A stretch of DNA of 64,000 bases from Neocallimastix sp. 'constans' (GCA_050613775.1 JBODTK010000139.1:1-64000), one strand, 5' to 3'; shown: positions 1-14,984, counted from the first letter of the stretch. Program-made: numbers and translations. The notes: a model not told the origin generated them from the sequence alone.

Positions 1-340
1 TTATATATATTATAATATTAATTTGTATTATTAATAAATATTCATTAATATACATTATAATATTTATTTATAGTATATAAATATATATTGATTAATATTT
101 TTATTAAAATATTTATTTACATAATTAATATATATACATTAATATTTACAATTAAATTTATTTATATACATTATATACATACACTTATATAATATTTTAT
201 TAATATTTATTTAAAATAGTAGAATATATTCATTAATATATATTATAATATTTATATTATTAATAACTTAATAATATAAAAATTAAAAAATCTCTGACCC
301 TAACTTTTATTTATTAATTAATTATTTAAAACTTTAAAAA

Positions 341-735
341 GCCACATTTTCAAAATGCAATTTTATGAATGTGCAAATGTGCATTTCGCAATTGTGTTTT
401 TCACAATGTGGCTTAAATATTTTTAATTAATTGCCACAATATATATTTTTTTAACCAATAAATAACCCTAGTAAATAATAAATAATAAATAATAAATAAT
501 AGCAAATAATAAATAATAGGAAATAATAAATATAAAAAATAATAATAAATAATAAACAACAGCAAATAATAAATATAAAATATAATAACAAATAATAAAT
601 ATAATAAATAATTATAATAATATAATAAATAAATAATAAATAATAAAAATATTTTAAGCCACATTTTGTGAAAAGCACATCTCTCCGATTTAATTTATTT
701 AAATTTAAAAAGCCACGTTATCCGAAATGCAACTC
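341..735. mobile_element. Probable MULE terminal/subterminal sequence (element end)
   Basis: Clustered GCCACA/TGTGGC motifs. GCCACATTTTGTGAAAAGCACATCTCTCC (ends 686) resembles the MULE ends at 25141-25167 and 52500-52518. No transposase nearby in the window. Confidence 0.4.
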
Positions 736-949
736 ATAATCCTATTTTATTTATTTTATTAATAAATATTCATTAATAACTATATTGAATTATTTATTTA
801 TATTATTAATACATGTTCATTAATAGATATGTCAAAATATTTATTTAATATATTAATATATTCATTAATATTTATATTAAAATATTTATTTATATTATTA
901 ATTTACATTCATTAATGTTAATAAATAAATTTATTTATTTATATTTTTA

Positions 950-2737
950 CATTCACTTATATAAACTTTTTATTTTAAATAATAATTATATAAAAAAAAT
1001 TAATCCAAAAATACTTTTGCTTATTAGGAATAAAATATTAAAATATTTTTGCATTTTAGAGAAAAAAGTTTTTTAGCTATTTTTTTTTGACATATACGGT
1101 TTGAGCAAATTTTTTTTATTTACCAAAAATAAAAGAATTTGTTTATGAAATTATTTATTTATTTATTTTATAATTATTTATTCATTAATATGTATAGTTG
1201 ATTTATTTATAAACATAATATACATCCACTTATATAAACTTTTTATTTTAAATAATAATTATATAAAAAAAATTAATCCAAAAATACTTTTGCTTATTAG
1301 GAATAAAATATTAAAATATTTTTGCATTTTAGAGAAAAAAGTTTTTTAGCTATTTTTTTTTGACATATACGGTTTGAGCAAATTTTTTTTATTTACCAAA
1401 AATAAAAGAATTTGTTTATGAAATTATTTATTTATTTATTTTATAATTATTTATTCATTAATATGTATAGTTGATTTATTTATAAACATAATATACATCC
1501 ACTTATATAAACTTTTTATTTTAAATAATAATTATATAAAAAAAAATTAATCTGAAAATACTTTTGCTTATTATGAATAAAATATTCAAATATTTTTGCA
1601 TTTTAGAGAAAAAAGTTTTTTAGCTATTTTTTTTTGACATATACGGTTTGAGCAAATTTTTTTTATTTACCAAAAATAAAAGAATTTGTTTATTAAATTA
1701 TTTATTTATTTATTTTATAATTATTTATTCATTAATATGTATAGTTGATTTATTTATAAACATAATATACATCCACTTATATAAACTTTTTATTTTAAAT
1801 AATAATTATATATAAAAAATTAATCTGAAAATACTTTTGCTTATTATGAATAAAATATTCAAATATTTTTGCATTTTAAAGAAAAAAGTTTTTTCGCTAT
1901 TTTTTTTTTGACATATACGGTTTGAGCAAATTTTTTTTATTTACCAAAAATAAAAGAATTTGTTTATTAAATTATTTATTTATTTATTTTATAATTATTT
2001 ATTCATTAATATGTATAGTTGATTTATTTATAAACATAATATACATCCACTTATATAAACTTTTTATTTTAAATAATAATTATATAAAAAAAATTAATCT
2101 GAAAATACTTTTGCTTATTATGAATAAAATATTCAAATATTTTTGCATTTTAAAGAAAAAAGTTTTTTCGCTATTTTTTTTTTGACATATACGGTTTGAG
2201 CAAATTTTTTTTATTTACCAAAAATAAAAGAATTTGTTTATTAAATTATTTATTTATTTATTTTATAATTATTTATTCATTAATATGTATAGTTGATTTA
2301 TTTATAAACATAATATACATCCACTTATATAAACTTTTTATTTTAAATAATAATTATATAAAAAAAAATTAATCTGAAAATACTTTTGCTTATTGGGAAT
2401 AAAATATTCAAATATTTTTGCATTTTAAAGAAAAAAGTTTTTTCGCTATTTTTTTTTGACATATACGGTTTGAGCAAATTTTTTTTATTTACCAAAAATA
2501 AAAGAATTTGTTTATGAAATTATTTATTTATTTATTTTATAATTATTTATTCATTAATATGTATAGTTGATTTATTTATAAACATAATATACATCCACTT
2601 ATATAAACTTTTTATTTTAAATAATAATTATAAAAAAAAATTAATCTGAAAATACTTTTGCTTATTATGAATAAAATATTCAAATATTTTTGCATTTGAA
2701 AGAAAAAAGTTTTTTCGCTATTTTTTTTGACATATAT
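950..2737. repeat. Tandem satellite, ~274-bp unit, ~6.5 near-identical copies
   Basis: Marker GACATATA(C/T)GG at 1089, 1362, 1636, 1910, 2184, 2458, 2729. Confidence 0.95.
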
Positions 2738-3035
2738 GGCTTAAATATGCTTTATTTTATTCTATAAAATAAAAATATTTTTTTTTATTAAAATATTTAA
2801 TTATTTATATAATTAATATTTATTCATTAATATTTTAAATTAAATTTATTTAATATTTAAATTTATATTTTTTTTATATATCTAATTATAAATAATATTT
2901 TATTACATATGAATAGGTATTTTTTTTTAATTATCAGCTTTAAATATTAATAATTAAGAGTTTAAATTTTTATAAATTAAATATTTCTAATATTAAATAT
3001 TTAATGATATTTTCATTTTTATTATATACTTATTT

Positions 3036-6000
3036 TTTCATGAATTATTTTAACCTATATATCCAACTTGATTCATGCTTATTATAAAAATTTTATTAAA
3101 AAAAAAATATCTATTTTTAAAAATGAAGTTACAAATAATTTATATTCATTTAAAATTAGCGAAAACAAATGCTTTTCTTATGATATAATTTATTTTATTC
3201 TAAGCTTAGAACTTCATGAATTATTTCAACCTATATATCCAACTTGATCCATGCTTATTAAAAAAAATTATTATAAAAATTTTACTGAAAAATAAAAAAA
3301 AAAATTTTTTTTTTAAAAATGATTTTACAAACAATTTATTTTCATTTTAAGTAAGAGAAAACAAATGCATTTCTAATGATATATTATATTTTATTCTACT
3401 TTTACTATTTCATGAATTATTTCAACCCATATTTCTAACTTGATTCATGATTATTATAAAAATTTATTATAAAAATTTTAGTAAAAAATAAAAAAAAAAT
3501 TTTTTTTTTAAAAATGAAGTTACAAATAATTTATATTCATTTTAAGTAAGCGAAAACAAATGCTTTTCTAATGATATAATATATTTTATTATAGGTTTAC
3601 TACTTCATGAGTTATTTCAACCCATATTTCCAACTTGATTCATGATTATTATAAAAATTTATTATAAAAATTTTACTGAAAAAAAAAAAAAAAAATTTTT
3701 TTTAAAAATGAAGTTACAAATAATATATTTTCATTTTAAGTAAGCGCAAATATGTGCTTTTCTAATGATATAATATATTTTATTCTAAGAGTACTATTTC
3801 ATGAGTTATTTCAACCCATATTTCCAACTTGATCCATCTTTATTATAAAAATTTATTATAAAAATTTTACTGAAAAAAAAAAAAAAATTTTTTTTTTAAA
3901 AATGAAGTTACATATAATTTATTTACATTTTAAGTAAGAGAAAACAAATGCTTTTCTAATGATATAATTTATTTTATTCTAGGTTTACTACTTCATGAGT
4001 TATTTCAACCCATATTTCCAACTTGTTTCATGATTATTATAAAAATTTATTATAAAAATTTTAGTAAAAAATAAAAAAAAAATTTTTTTTTTTAAAAATG
4101 AAGTTACAAATAATTTATATTCATTTTAAGTAAGCGAAAACAAATGCTTTTCTAATGATATAATTTATTTTATTCTAGGTTTACTACTTCATGAGTTATT
4201 TCAACCCATATTTCCAACTTGTTTCATGATTATTATAAAAATTTATTATAAAAATTTTAGTAAAAAATAAAAAAAAAATTTTTTTTTTTAAAAATGAAGT
4301 TACAAATAATTTATATTCATTTTAAGTAAGCGAAAACAAATGCTTTTCTAATGATATATTTATTTTTATTTTAAGATTATTATTTCATGAGTTATTTCAA
4401 CCCATATTTCCAACTTGATTCATGATTATTATAAAAATTTATTATAAAAATTATACTGAAAAAAAAAAAAAATTTTTTTTTTTTTAAAAATGAAGTTACA
4501 AATAATTTATATTCATTTTAAGTAAGCGAAAACAAATGCTTTTCTAATGATATAATTTATTTTATTCTAGGTTTACTACTTCATGAGTTATTTCAACCCA
4601 TATTTCTAACTTGATTCATGATTATTATAAAAATTTATTATAAAAATTTTAGTAAAAAATAAAAAAAAAATTTTTTTTTTAAAAATGAAGTTACAAATAA
4701 TTTATATTCATTTTAAGTAAGCGAAAACAAATGCTTTTCTAATGATATATTTATTTTTATTTTAAGATTATTATTTCATGAGTTATTTCAATCCATATTT
4801 CCAACTTGATTCATGATTATTATAAAAATTTATTATAAAAATTATACTGAAAAAAAAAAAAAATTTTTTTTTTTTTTAAAAATGAAGTTACAAATAATTT
4901 ATATTCATTTTAAGTAAGCGAAAACAAATGCTTTTCTAATGATATAATATATTTTATTCTAGGTTTACTACTTCATGAGTTATTTCAACCCATATTTCTA
5001 ACTTGATTCATGATTATTATAAAAATTTATTATAAAAATTTTAGTAAAAAATAAAAAAAAAATTTTTTTTTTAAAAATGAAGTTTCAAATAATTTATATT
5101 CATTTTAAGTAAGCGAAAACAAATGCTTTTCTAATGATATATTTATTTTTATTTTAAGATTATTATTTCATGAGTTATTTCAACCCATATTTCCAACTTG
5201 ATTCATGATTATTATAAAAATTTATTATAAAAATTTTACTAAAAAATAAAAAAAAAATTTTTTTTTTAAAAATGAAGTTACAAATAATTTATTTTCATTT
5301 TAAGTAAGTGCAAACAAATGCATTTCTAATGATATAATATATTTTATTATAAGTTTACCATTTCATGAGTTATTTCAACCTATATATCCAACTTGATCCA
5401 TGCTTATTATAAAAATTTATTATAAAAATTATACTGAAAAAAAAAAAAAAAATTTTTTTTTAAAAATGAAGTTACAAATAATTTATTTTCATTTAAAATT
5501 AGCGAAAAAAAAGCTTTTCTAATGATATAATATATTTTATTCTAGGTTTACTACTTCATGAGTTATTTCAACCCATATTTCCAACTTGATCCATGCTTAT
5601 TATAAAAATTTATTATAAAAATTTTACTGAAAAAAAAAAAAAAAAAAAAATTTTTTTAAAAATGAAGTTACAAATAATTTATTTTCATTTTAAGTAAGAG
5701 CAAATAAATGTATTTCTAATGATGTAATATATTTTATTCTAGGTTTACTATTTCATGAATTATTTCAACCCATATTTCCAACTTGATCCATCCTTATTAT
5801 AAAAATTTATTATAAAAATTTTACTGAAAAAAAAAAAAAAATTTTTTTTATTAAAAATGAAGTTACAAATAATTTATATTCATTTTAAGTAAGAGAAAAC
5901 AAATGCTTTTCTATTGATATAATTTATTTTATTCTAAGTTTACTATTTCATGAGTTATTTCAACCCATATTTCCAACTTGATCCATGCTTATTATAAAAA

Positions 6001-7725
6001 TTTATTATAAAAATTTTACTGAAAAATAAAAAAAAAAATTTTTTTTTTAAAAATGATTTTACAAACAATTTATTTTCATTTTAAGTAAGAGAAAACAAAT
6101 GCATTTCTAATGATATATTATATTTTATTCTACTTTTACTATTTCATGAATTATTTCAACCCATATTTCTAACTTGATTCATGATTATTATAAAAATTTA
6201 TTATAAAAATTTTAGTAAAAAATAAAAAAAATTTTTTTTTTTTAAAAATGAAGTTACAAATAATTAATATTCATTTTAAGTAAGAGAAAACAAATGCTTT
6301 TCTAATGATATAATTTATTTTATTCTAGGTTTACTACTTCATGAGTTATTTCAACCTATATTTCCAACTTGATCCATGCTTATTATAAAAATTTATTGTA
6401 AAAATTTTAGTAAAAAATAAAATAAATTTTTTTTTTTTAAAAATGAAGTTACAAATAATTAATATTCATTTTAAGTAAGCGAAAACAAATGCTTTTCTAA
6501 TGATATAATTTATTTTATTATAGGTATACTACTTCATGAGTTATTTTAACTAATATTTCCAACTTGATTCATGCTTATTATAAAAATTTATTATAAAAAT
6601 TTTACTAAAAAATAAAAAAAATTTTTTTTTTTTAAAAATGAAGTTACAAATAATTTATTTACATTTTAAGTAAGCGAAAACAAATGCTTTTCTAATGATA
6701 TAATATATTTTATTCTAGGTTTACTACTTCATGAGTTATTTCAACCCATATTTCCAACTTGATCCATGCTTATTATAAAAATTTATTATAAAAATTTTAC
6801 TGAAAAAAAAAAAAAAAAATTTTTTTTTTAAAAATGAAGTTATAAATAATTTATTTTCATTTTAAGTAAGTGCAAACAAAAGCTTTTCTAATGATATATT
6901 TATTTTTATTTTAAGATTATTATTTCATGAGTTATTTCAACCCATATTTCCAACTTGATCCATGCTTATTATAAAAATTTATTATAAAAATTTTACTAAA
7001 AAAAAAAAAAAAAATTTTTTTTTAAAAATGAAGTTACAAATAATTTATTTTCATTTTAAGTAAACGCAAACAAATGCATTTCTAATGATATATTTATTTT
7101 ATTCTAGGTTTTCTACTTAATGAGTTATTTCAACCCATATTTCCAACTTGATTCATGATTATTATAAAAATTTATTATAAAAATTTTACTGAAAAAAAAA
7201 AAAAAAATTTTTTTTTTAAAAATGAAGTTACAAATAATTTATTTTCATTTTAAGTAAGCGAAAACAAATGCTTTTCTAATGATATATTTATTTTTATTTT
7301 AAGATTATTATTTCATGAGTTATTTCAACCTATATTTCCAACTTGATTCATGATTATTATAAAAATTTATTATAAAAATTTTACTGAAAAAAAAAAAAAA
7401 AATTTTTTTTTTAAAAATGAAGTTAAAAATAATTTATATTCATTTTAAGTAAGCTCAAACAAATACATTTCTAATGATATAATATATTTTATTCTAGGTT
7501 TACTATTTCATGAGTTATTTCAACCTATATATCCAACTTGATACATGCTTATTATAAAAATTTATTATAAAAATTATACTGAAAAAAAAAAAAAAAAATT
7601 TTTTTTTTTAAAAATGAAGTTACAAACAATTTATTTTCATTTAAAATTAGCGAAAAAAAAAGCTTTTCTAATGATATAATTTATTTTATTCTAGGTTTAC
7701 TATTTCATGAATTATTTCATCGTAT
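3036..7725. repeat. Tandem satellite, ~195-bp unit, ~24 copies
   Basis: Marker TTCAACCCATATTTCCAACTTG recurs every ~195 bp (e.g. 3421, 3616, 3810 up to 7519). Each unit has an A-tract/T-tract palindrome. Confidence 0.95.
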
Positions 7726-8296
7726 ATACAATATTATTTCAGGGTTAATAATTAAAATTAATTATAAAATTTTTGAAAAAATTAAAAAAATACTTGAATA
7801 ATTTTAAAATTTAGTTGCGATGAATTCAACGTTTAATATAATAAAACCCTATTTATTGTGCATCTAGTGATATATTATTTTCATTTATTCGTTAAAAATT
7901 TAAAAAGTTATAAAACTTCAAATCTCAAAACTATCTATATGTATTATTAATAATTTAATAAAAATAACCCTAAGTTTAAACAAATATTTGAATATCTTGA
8001 TAAGCATCTTATAATATAATTTTAATTTGTTCGTTAGTTATTTCAATAATTGTAAACCATTAAATCTCAACACTATTTTTTGAAACACACACACATACAA
8101 ACAAATAAAAAAAAAAAAAAAAAACCAAAACAAAAAAACAAAAAAACAAACAAAAAAAAAAAATAAATTTTAATTTTTCATAAACAAGTAATATTGTATT
8201 TTCAAATAATATATTATTATATGCCTTTTTATTATATTATTTAAATAAAATTTGAATCTTTATTAATTTTTAAATAAAATATCTAAGTCTCAAATC

Positions 8297-8337
<41 letters not shown>

Positions 8338-9117
8338 ATAAATAAAAAAAATGAAATATATAATTTAGTTTCTTTTAAAATAATTATATTAGAACTATAA
8401 AAATATATCATTTAATTACTATAAAAAAGAAATTATTTGTAAAGTGAGTGACCTTTAATTATTTATTCTTTTTATTTTTGATTTAAAAAATATTTAATAT
8501 TTAAATATATATAAAAAAATATTATATTTAAAAAATTATTATTAATAATTAAGAAAAATTATTTAATTTTATTTTTTTTTTATAAAAATTATTAAAATAC
8601 ATATTTTATGTTATTATAAAGTTTTGACATTATTTTTTTTATAAAAAAGTACTTTTATATTTTCTTTTTTATCATTATAGGTTTATTTTATTATGTTTTG
8701 AATACTAAATGATTAATTAAATATTAATCTTCAAAATCCTTTATAAAAATATTGTTAGTAATAAATATTAATATACTAAATAAATATATATAATATTTAA
8801 AGCTTAATAATTCTTGAAATAAAAATGGTAGTACAATAAATAATATATCTTTTAAATAATATTTCTTAAATGTTTATTTTATTAAAGAATGAATATTTAA
8901 TAATTAATATTTAAATAAATATTCATCTTATTAATAATAATTATGAATAATAAAAAATAGTAATAATATTAAAAGTTATGTACCTCTTGAAATAAAAATA
9001 ATAAAATAATAAATAACATTTTATTTTATTTATTTACATTTATTACTTTTTTTATCAAAATATAAATATTTATTGATTATTATTATTAATTTTACTTATA
9101 TTTTATATATCCACTAA

Positions 9118-9700
9118 TTTCAATAACCCAAAAAATTTCTTTGACCTTAAATCTTCTTTGACCCTAAATTTTTCAATAACCCAAAAAAATTTCTTTGACC
9201 CTAAATTTTTCAATAACCCAAAAAAATTTTTTGACCTAAAAATTTCTTTGACCCTAATTTTTTCAATAACCCAAAAAAATTTTTTGACCTAAAAATTTTT
9301 TGACTCTAAATTCTCTTTGACCCTAAATTTTTCAATAACCCAAAAAAATTTTTTGACCTAAAAAATTCTTTGACCCTAAATTTTTCAATAACCCAAAAAA
9401 ATTTTTTGACCTAAAAAATTCTTTGACCCTAAATTTTTCAATAACCCAAAAAAATTTTTTGACCTAAAAAATTCTTTGACCCTAAATTTTTCAATAAACC
9501 AAAAAAATTTTTTGACCCTAAATTTTTCAATAACCAAAAAAAATTTTTTGACCTAAAAATTTTTTGACCTAAAAATTTTTTGACCTAAAAAATTCTTTGA
9601 CCCTAAATTTTTCAATAAACCAAAAAATTTTTTGACCTAAAAAATTCTTTGACCCTAAATTTTTCAATACCCCAAAAAATTTTTTTGACCTAAAAATTTC
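9118..9700. repeat. Minisatellite, 53-bp unit made of ~17-18-bp subunits (CAATAACCC / TTTGACCT / TTTGACCCT)
   Basis: CAATAA marker at 9333, 9386, 9439, 9492; other units gain or lose subunits. Confidence 0.9.
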
Positions 9701-10805
9701 TAAAGAGAAAGTTGTATTTCAAAATGTATCATAAATTAAATCAAATATATATTTAATATTTTATTTAATTTTAAATATATATTTTTATTTTTTTTATAAA
9801 ATAAAATAATAATATTTAGTATTACTTAATTTTAAATATATATATTTATTTTTTTTATTTATAATAATTTATTCTTTTCCTTTTTTTTTTATAAAATAAA
9901 AAAAGAAATAAGTAAATAAAAATTATATATAAATAAATAATAAATAATAAATAAAAAAATAAATAATAAATAATAAATAAAAAAATAAATAATAAATAAA
10001 AATAATAAATAATAAATAATTAAATAATAAGTAATAAATAAGTAATAAAAAATAATAAATAATAAATAATAAATAATTAATAATTAAATAATAAATAAAT
10101 AAATAATAATTAAATAATTAAATAATTAAATAATAAATAATAAATAAATGCTACAAAAAAAAAAAAATTAAATAAAAAAATAATAAAATAAAAAAATATA
10201 TATATTTATAAATTATTTTAATTGTTAATTTCTTATTAATTATTTTTATATAATTTATTCGTGGTTATGTACATTAGATATTATTTTATTTTTTAATTAT
10301 TTAATAATTTTTATAGTTAAAGATTTAAATATTTTTATAATCCTAAATGTAGATTAATTATATTGTGTTTAATAAAATACTATTTGATTTTATTTTTTAG
10401 TATAAATAATATTTTTATTTATTTTTATTTTTTTTTATTCCTTAAAAAAATTAATCATCTAATGTACTCTAAAATAAACTATAATTAAATATTGTTCATT
10501 AATATTTTATATTTATTTTTTATCTATGTATTAATATAATAATTAAAAAAAAAAAAAAGTTTTTTCTTTTCAGCTTTAAAATTAAATTTTGATTAAAAAA
10601 TTTAAAAAATTAAGTTTTTAAAAAAATGGCATATCCGAAATTTTATTTTATAATTAATTTAATATAAATCTATAATTAAATTAAAAATTTAAATTTTTTT
10701 GGACCAATCGATTTTTAAATAGAAAAATTTTTCTACTTTGACAAATAAAACCCGCTTTTGCTAAGGGGGTGGTCATTTTTTTTGGTTTTTTATCTATGTG
10801 ATGAG

Positions 10806-10836
<31 letters not shown>

Positions 10837-10999
10837 AATAAAATAAAATTATATAATTATTAAAATTTTAAATAGCGAAATAAAATTTTTGATTGTGGGT
10901 TTTTTTTTGGGATAATAATTATTTTTGGTGCATAGATAATATTTATTTTTTTTTTTAATTTTTTTTTCTTATTGCAAGCTTTTTACTTTGTAAAAAGTT

Positions 11000-11226
11000 T
11001 AACTTTAGAAAGATAAAAGAAATAAATATTTTCCTTTCTTTCTTTCTTTTTTTTTTTTATTAATTTTTTTTATTATTTTTATTTTAAATTATTTTATTTT
11101 AAAAATAAAATAAAAATAAAAATAAAAAAAAAAATTAAAAAATGTTGAGAGGAAGAGGGGAAAATTTTTCTTTTTCTTTTTTTTCTATTTTAGAAAAATA
11201 AAAGAAATAAATATTTTTCTTTCTTT

Positions 11227-11260
<34 letters not shown>

Positions 11261-11905
11261 TTTTTTTATTTTTATTTTAAATTATTTTATTTTAAAAATA
11301 AAATAAAAATAAAAATAAAAAAAAAAAAAATTAAAAAATGATGAAAGGAAGAGGGGAATTTTTTCTTTTTTTTTTTTCTATTTTAGAAAAATAAAAGAAA
11401 TAAATATTTTTCTTTCTTTCTTTCTTTCTTTTTTTTTTTTTAATTTTTTTTTATTTTTATTTTAAATTATTTTATTTTAAAAATAAAATAAAAATAAAAA
11501 TAAAAAAAAAATTAAAAAATGATGAAAGGAAGAGGGGAATTTTTTCTTTTTTCTTTTCTATTTTAGAAAAATAAAAGAAATAAATATTTTTCTTTTTTCT
11601 TTCTTTTTTTTTTTTTATTTTTTTTTTATTTTTATTTTAAAAATAAAATAATTTAAAATAAAAAAAAAAAAAAATTAAAAAATGATGAAAGGAAGAGGGG
11701 AATTTTTTTCTTTTTTTTTTTTTTATTTTAGAAAGATAAACGAAATAATATTTTTCTTTTTTCTTTCTTTTTTTTTTTATTTTTTTTTTTTTATTTTTAT
11801 TTTAAATTATTTTTTAAAAAAAAATAAATTAAATTAAAAAATGATGAAAGGAAGAGGGAAATTTTTTTCTTTTTTTTTTCTACTTTAGAAAGATAAAAGA
11901 AATAA

Positions 11906-11936
<31 letters not shown>

Positions 11937-12190
11937 ATTAATTTTTTTATTATTTTTATTTTAAATTATTTTTAAAAAAAAATAAAATAAAAATAAAAAT
12001 AAAAAAAATTAAAAAATGATGAAATGGAAGAAGGAAATTTTTTTTTTCTATTTTAGAAAGATAAAAAGAAAAAATATTTTTCCTTCATTTTTATTTTAAT
12101 TTTTTATTTTTATTTTTAATTATTTTTTTTAAAGAATAAAATAAAATAAAAATAAAAAAAAAGTGATGAGAGGGAGGAGATGAATTTTTT
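11000..12190. repeat. Diverged tandem repeat, ~7 units of ~150-195 bp, marked by ATGATGAAAGGAAGAGGGGAA
   Basis: Marker near 11142, 11338, 11519, 11682, 11841, 12016, 12163. Unit length varies with homopolymer length. Confidence 0.85.
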
Positions 12191-13232
12191 TTTCTTTTTT
12201 TAATTGTAAAAGGCTAAAATTTTAGAAAATTAAAAACAATAATATATATGTTTTTTATTTAAAAAAAATAAGAAAGAAAGAAAGAAAGGAAAAAAAAATA
12301 AAAGAATATAAGAATTTTTTTTTGTTATCCTTTTTTTGCTTATTAAAAGGCTAAATTTTAGAAAGATAGAAAAAATAATATTTTTTATTATGGTTTTTTC
12401 TTTCTTTCATTTTTATTAAAAAAAAAAAAAAAATAAAATAAAAAAATTAAATAAAATAAAAAAAATTAAACATTATGGGAAGAAGTATTTTTTTATTATA
12501 TGTAAATTAATTAATTTTTTTTCAAAAATTATTTATTTAAAAAAAGGTCATGAAATGAGTATAACTATCTTTTTTTTATTAAAGACCTTATAATTTTAAA
12601 TGTCTTAAATTTATTTTAAAAAAGTTTTACTTTAAAATATGGATAACCCATTTTTTATTTTTAAAAATAATTATTAAAAAAAAAATAATTAAAAGTTATA
12701 AATTAAAGAATCATAAATAAATAATTATTAACGTTTTTTAAAATTATAAATTAAAGAATCATAAATAAATAATTATTAACGTTTATTAAAATTATAAATA
12801 TTAAAGAATCATAAATAATAATAAACATTTATTAAAATTATAAATAATAAAATAAATTATATAATAGATAATAAATATAATACCTAAATAATACCAAAAT
12901 ATCAATATATATAACTAATAATAAAATTTATACAAAATTTTCATTTTAATATGATAATTTTAATATTTATATTAATATATATTGATTGGATTAATGTTTA
13001 ATTTATAAATAACAAATAGTATTTTTTTTAATGCTATTTTCATTGTATTATAACTATAATTTATTAATATTTAATTATGAAATTTAATTAATTATTAATT
13101 TTTAAATAACTATATTAAAATATTTTATTTATTAGTTTTTGTTTAATATTTAAATTATTATTATTTAAAAAACCTTTTTTTTTTTTTTTTTTTTTTTTTT
13201 TTGATTAGATTTTTATTACTATATAACCAAAA

Positions 13233-13263
<31 letters not shown>

Positions 13264-13879
13264 AAAGAAGCAAAGCAAAAAAAAAAAATATATATATATA
13301 TATATATTATTTTTTTTTAAATTTATAAAATATGAAAAACTTATATAAAATTAATTACTTTTAATTCAGTTTTAAATTTTAAAAAATAATTTTAATTTAG
13401 TTTTACGAAATTATTTGAAATTATTAATTAAAAATTTATATTATATAAAATAAAAGCGTTTGTTCTATTGTTTATTGTCATTATTTATTTATTTATTTTT
13501 AAATATTGTTTAAAATAATAGTTTTATAATTATATTGTTTTTATATTTGCATCATCCCTTTGATAAAACAAAATAATAAATAAATTATTTTAAAAACAAA
13601 TAAATTTTTATGAAACCGTTTTTTTATTTTATTTTATTTTATTAATATAAATAAATTATTTTAAATAAAAGAATAAATCCCTTTGTATTAAAATGTAAAT
13701 TAAAAGTGGACCTATAATATTTTGTTTTATTTTATAATATTTTGTTTTATTTTTTTAATAATAAAGAAATTTAGAGTATAAATATCTTTTGTTTTTTTTT
13801 AAAATATTTTTTCCGTATTAATGAGTATTCGTTTGCAATATTCATTATATCAAAATAAAATAAAATATATTTAAATAAT

Positions 13880-14315
13880 TCGCCCAGAATTCAGGTTTTT
13901 TAACCTGTTTTCTGGAATGTCTTTAAACTCTTCCAGTTGACACTTTTGTTAGCTGGACTCTTTTTGATTTAAACTCCGGTTCTCACTTTTGATTACTGGA
14001 ATGTAATCTCTCCGGTTTCCTTTTGGAATGATTTTTTGGTTCCTTTTGGTTTTCAGGATTTCTGTTGTCTTGCTGAACTCTCCGGTTTACTCTTTGTTGG
14101 TTTGCTGGATTCTCTTTCGGTTATTCTTCTGGTTACTTGATTGGTTGTTGGATTCTCGTTTGCTTATTCTCCAGGGTACTCCTTTGATTCAGAGTTCTTG
14201 TCTTTTAGTTCTCTTGTCTATTCTTTGGGTTATTCTGGATTCTTTGGATCCCTTTTTTTGGTTCTCGGTTCTCCGACCTTACCTTCTTGGGATGTATTTT
14301 CTTTATTCTCTATGA
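13880..14315 (-). pseudogene. Decayed coding-like island, unknown product (K/E/P/N/Q-rich)
   Basis: Much GC-richer than its flanks. Minus strand reads IENKENTSQEGKVGEPRTKKRDPKNPE*PKE*TRELKDK... with several stops. Confidence 0.35.
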
Positions 14316-14984
14316 TTGTTATAATAATTAACAATACTTTTAATTAATTATTATTTATTTAATAATTAATTATTTTATTATTATAATAATCTATTTAATA
14401 AACTTATGTATAATTGTTATTATTTATATAATAACAATATTTTTTAATCAAAATTGTTTGATTATTATTTCTCATAATAATAATCTTCTATAAAATCATG
14501 TATTAATTATTATTATTTTCATAATAATAATAATTTTCTATTTTAAAATGTATTATTTATTAACTCATGTATTAATTATTATTTCTCATAATAATTATAA
14601 ACTCATGTATTAATTATTATTTTTATAATAATATTAATTCTTAAAGATTGTATTAATTATTATTTTACAATAATAATTACTTAATATTTAAAGTTATTAT
14701 TCGCTTGCTATAATTATTATTATTTTCTTAATAATAATTCTCTAGAATAGTATAGAATTCTTTGTTACAAATAGAATAGTTTAAAAATCTTAGAATAGAT
14801 TTTAATATCTAAAATAAAAATCTTATTTTCTATTATTATTTGTTTAAAATAATAATAGTCGCTAGAATAGTTTAATAATTAAACTTCTTGAAAATCAATA
14901 ATGATTTTTCTTAAATTATATATACATTAATAATGTATTAACTATTTTGATTAATTTTATTAAATAAAATTATAACGTTTAAAA

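Noticed and set aside
13880..14315. Alternative genetic code (TAA/TAG = Gln)
   Set aside because: TGA stops and frame changes also occur, and other genes in the window end normally at TAA.
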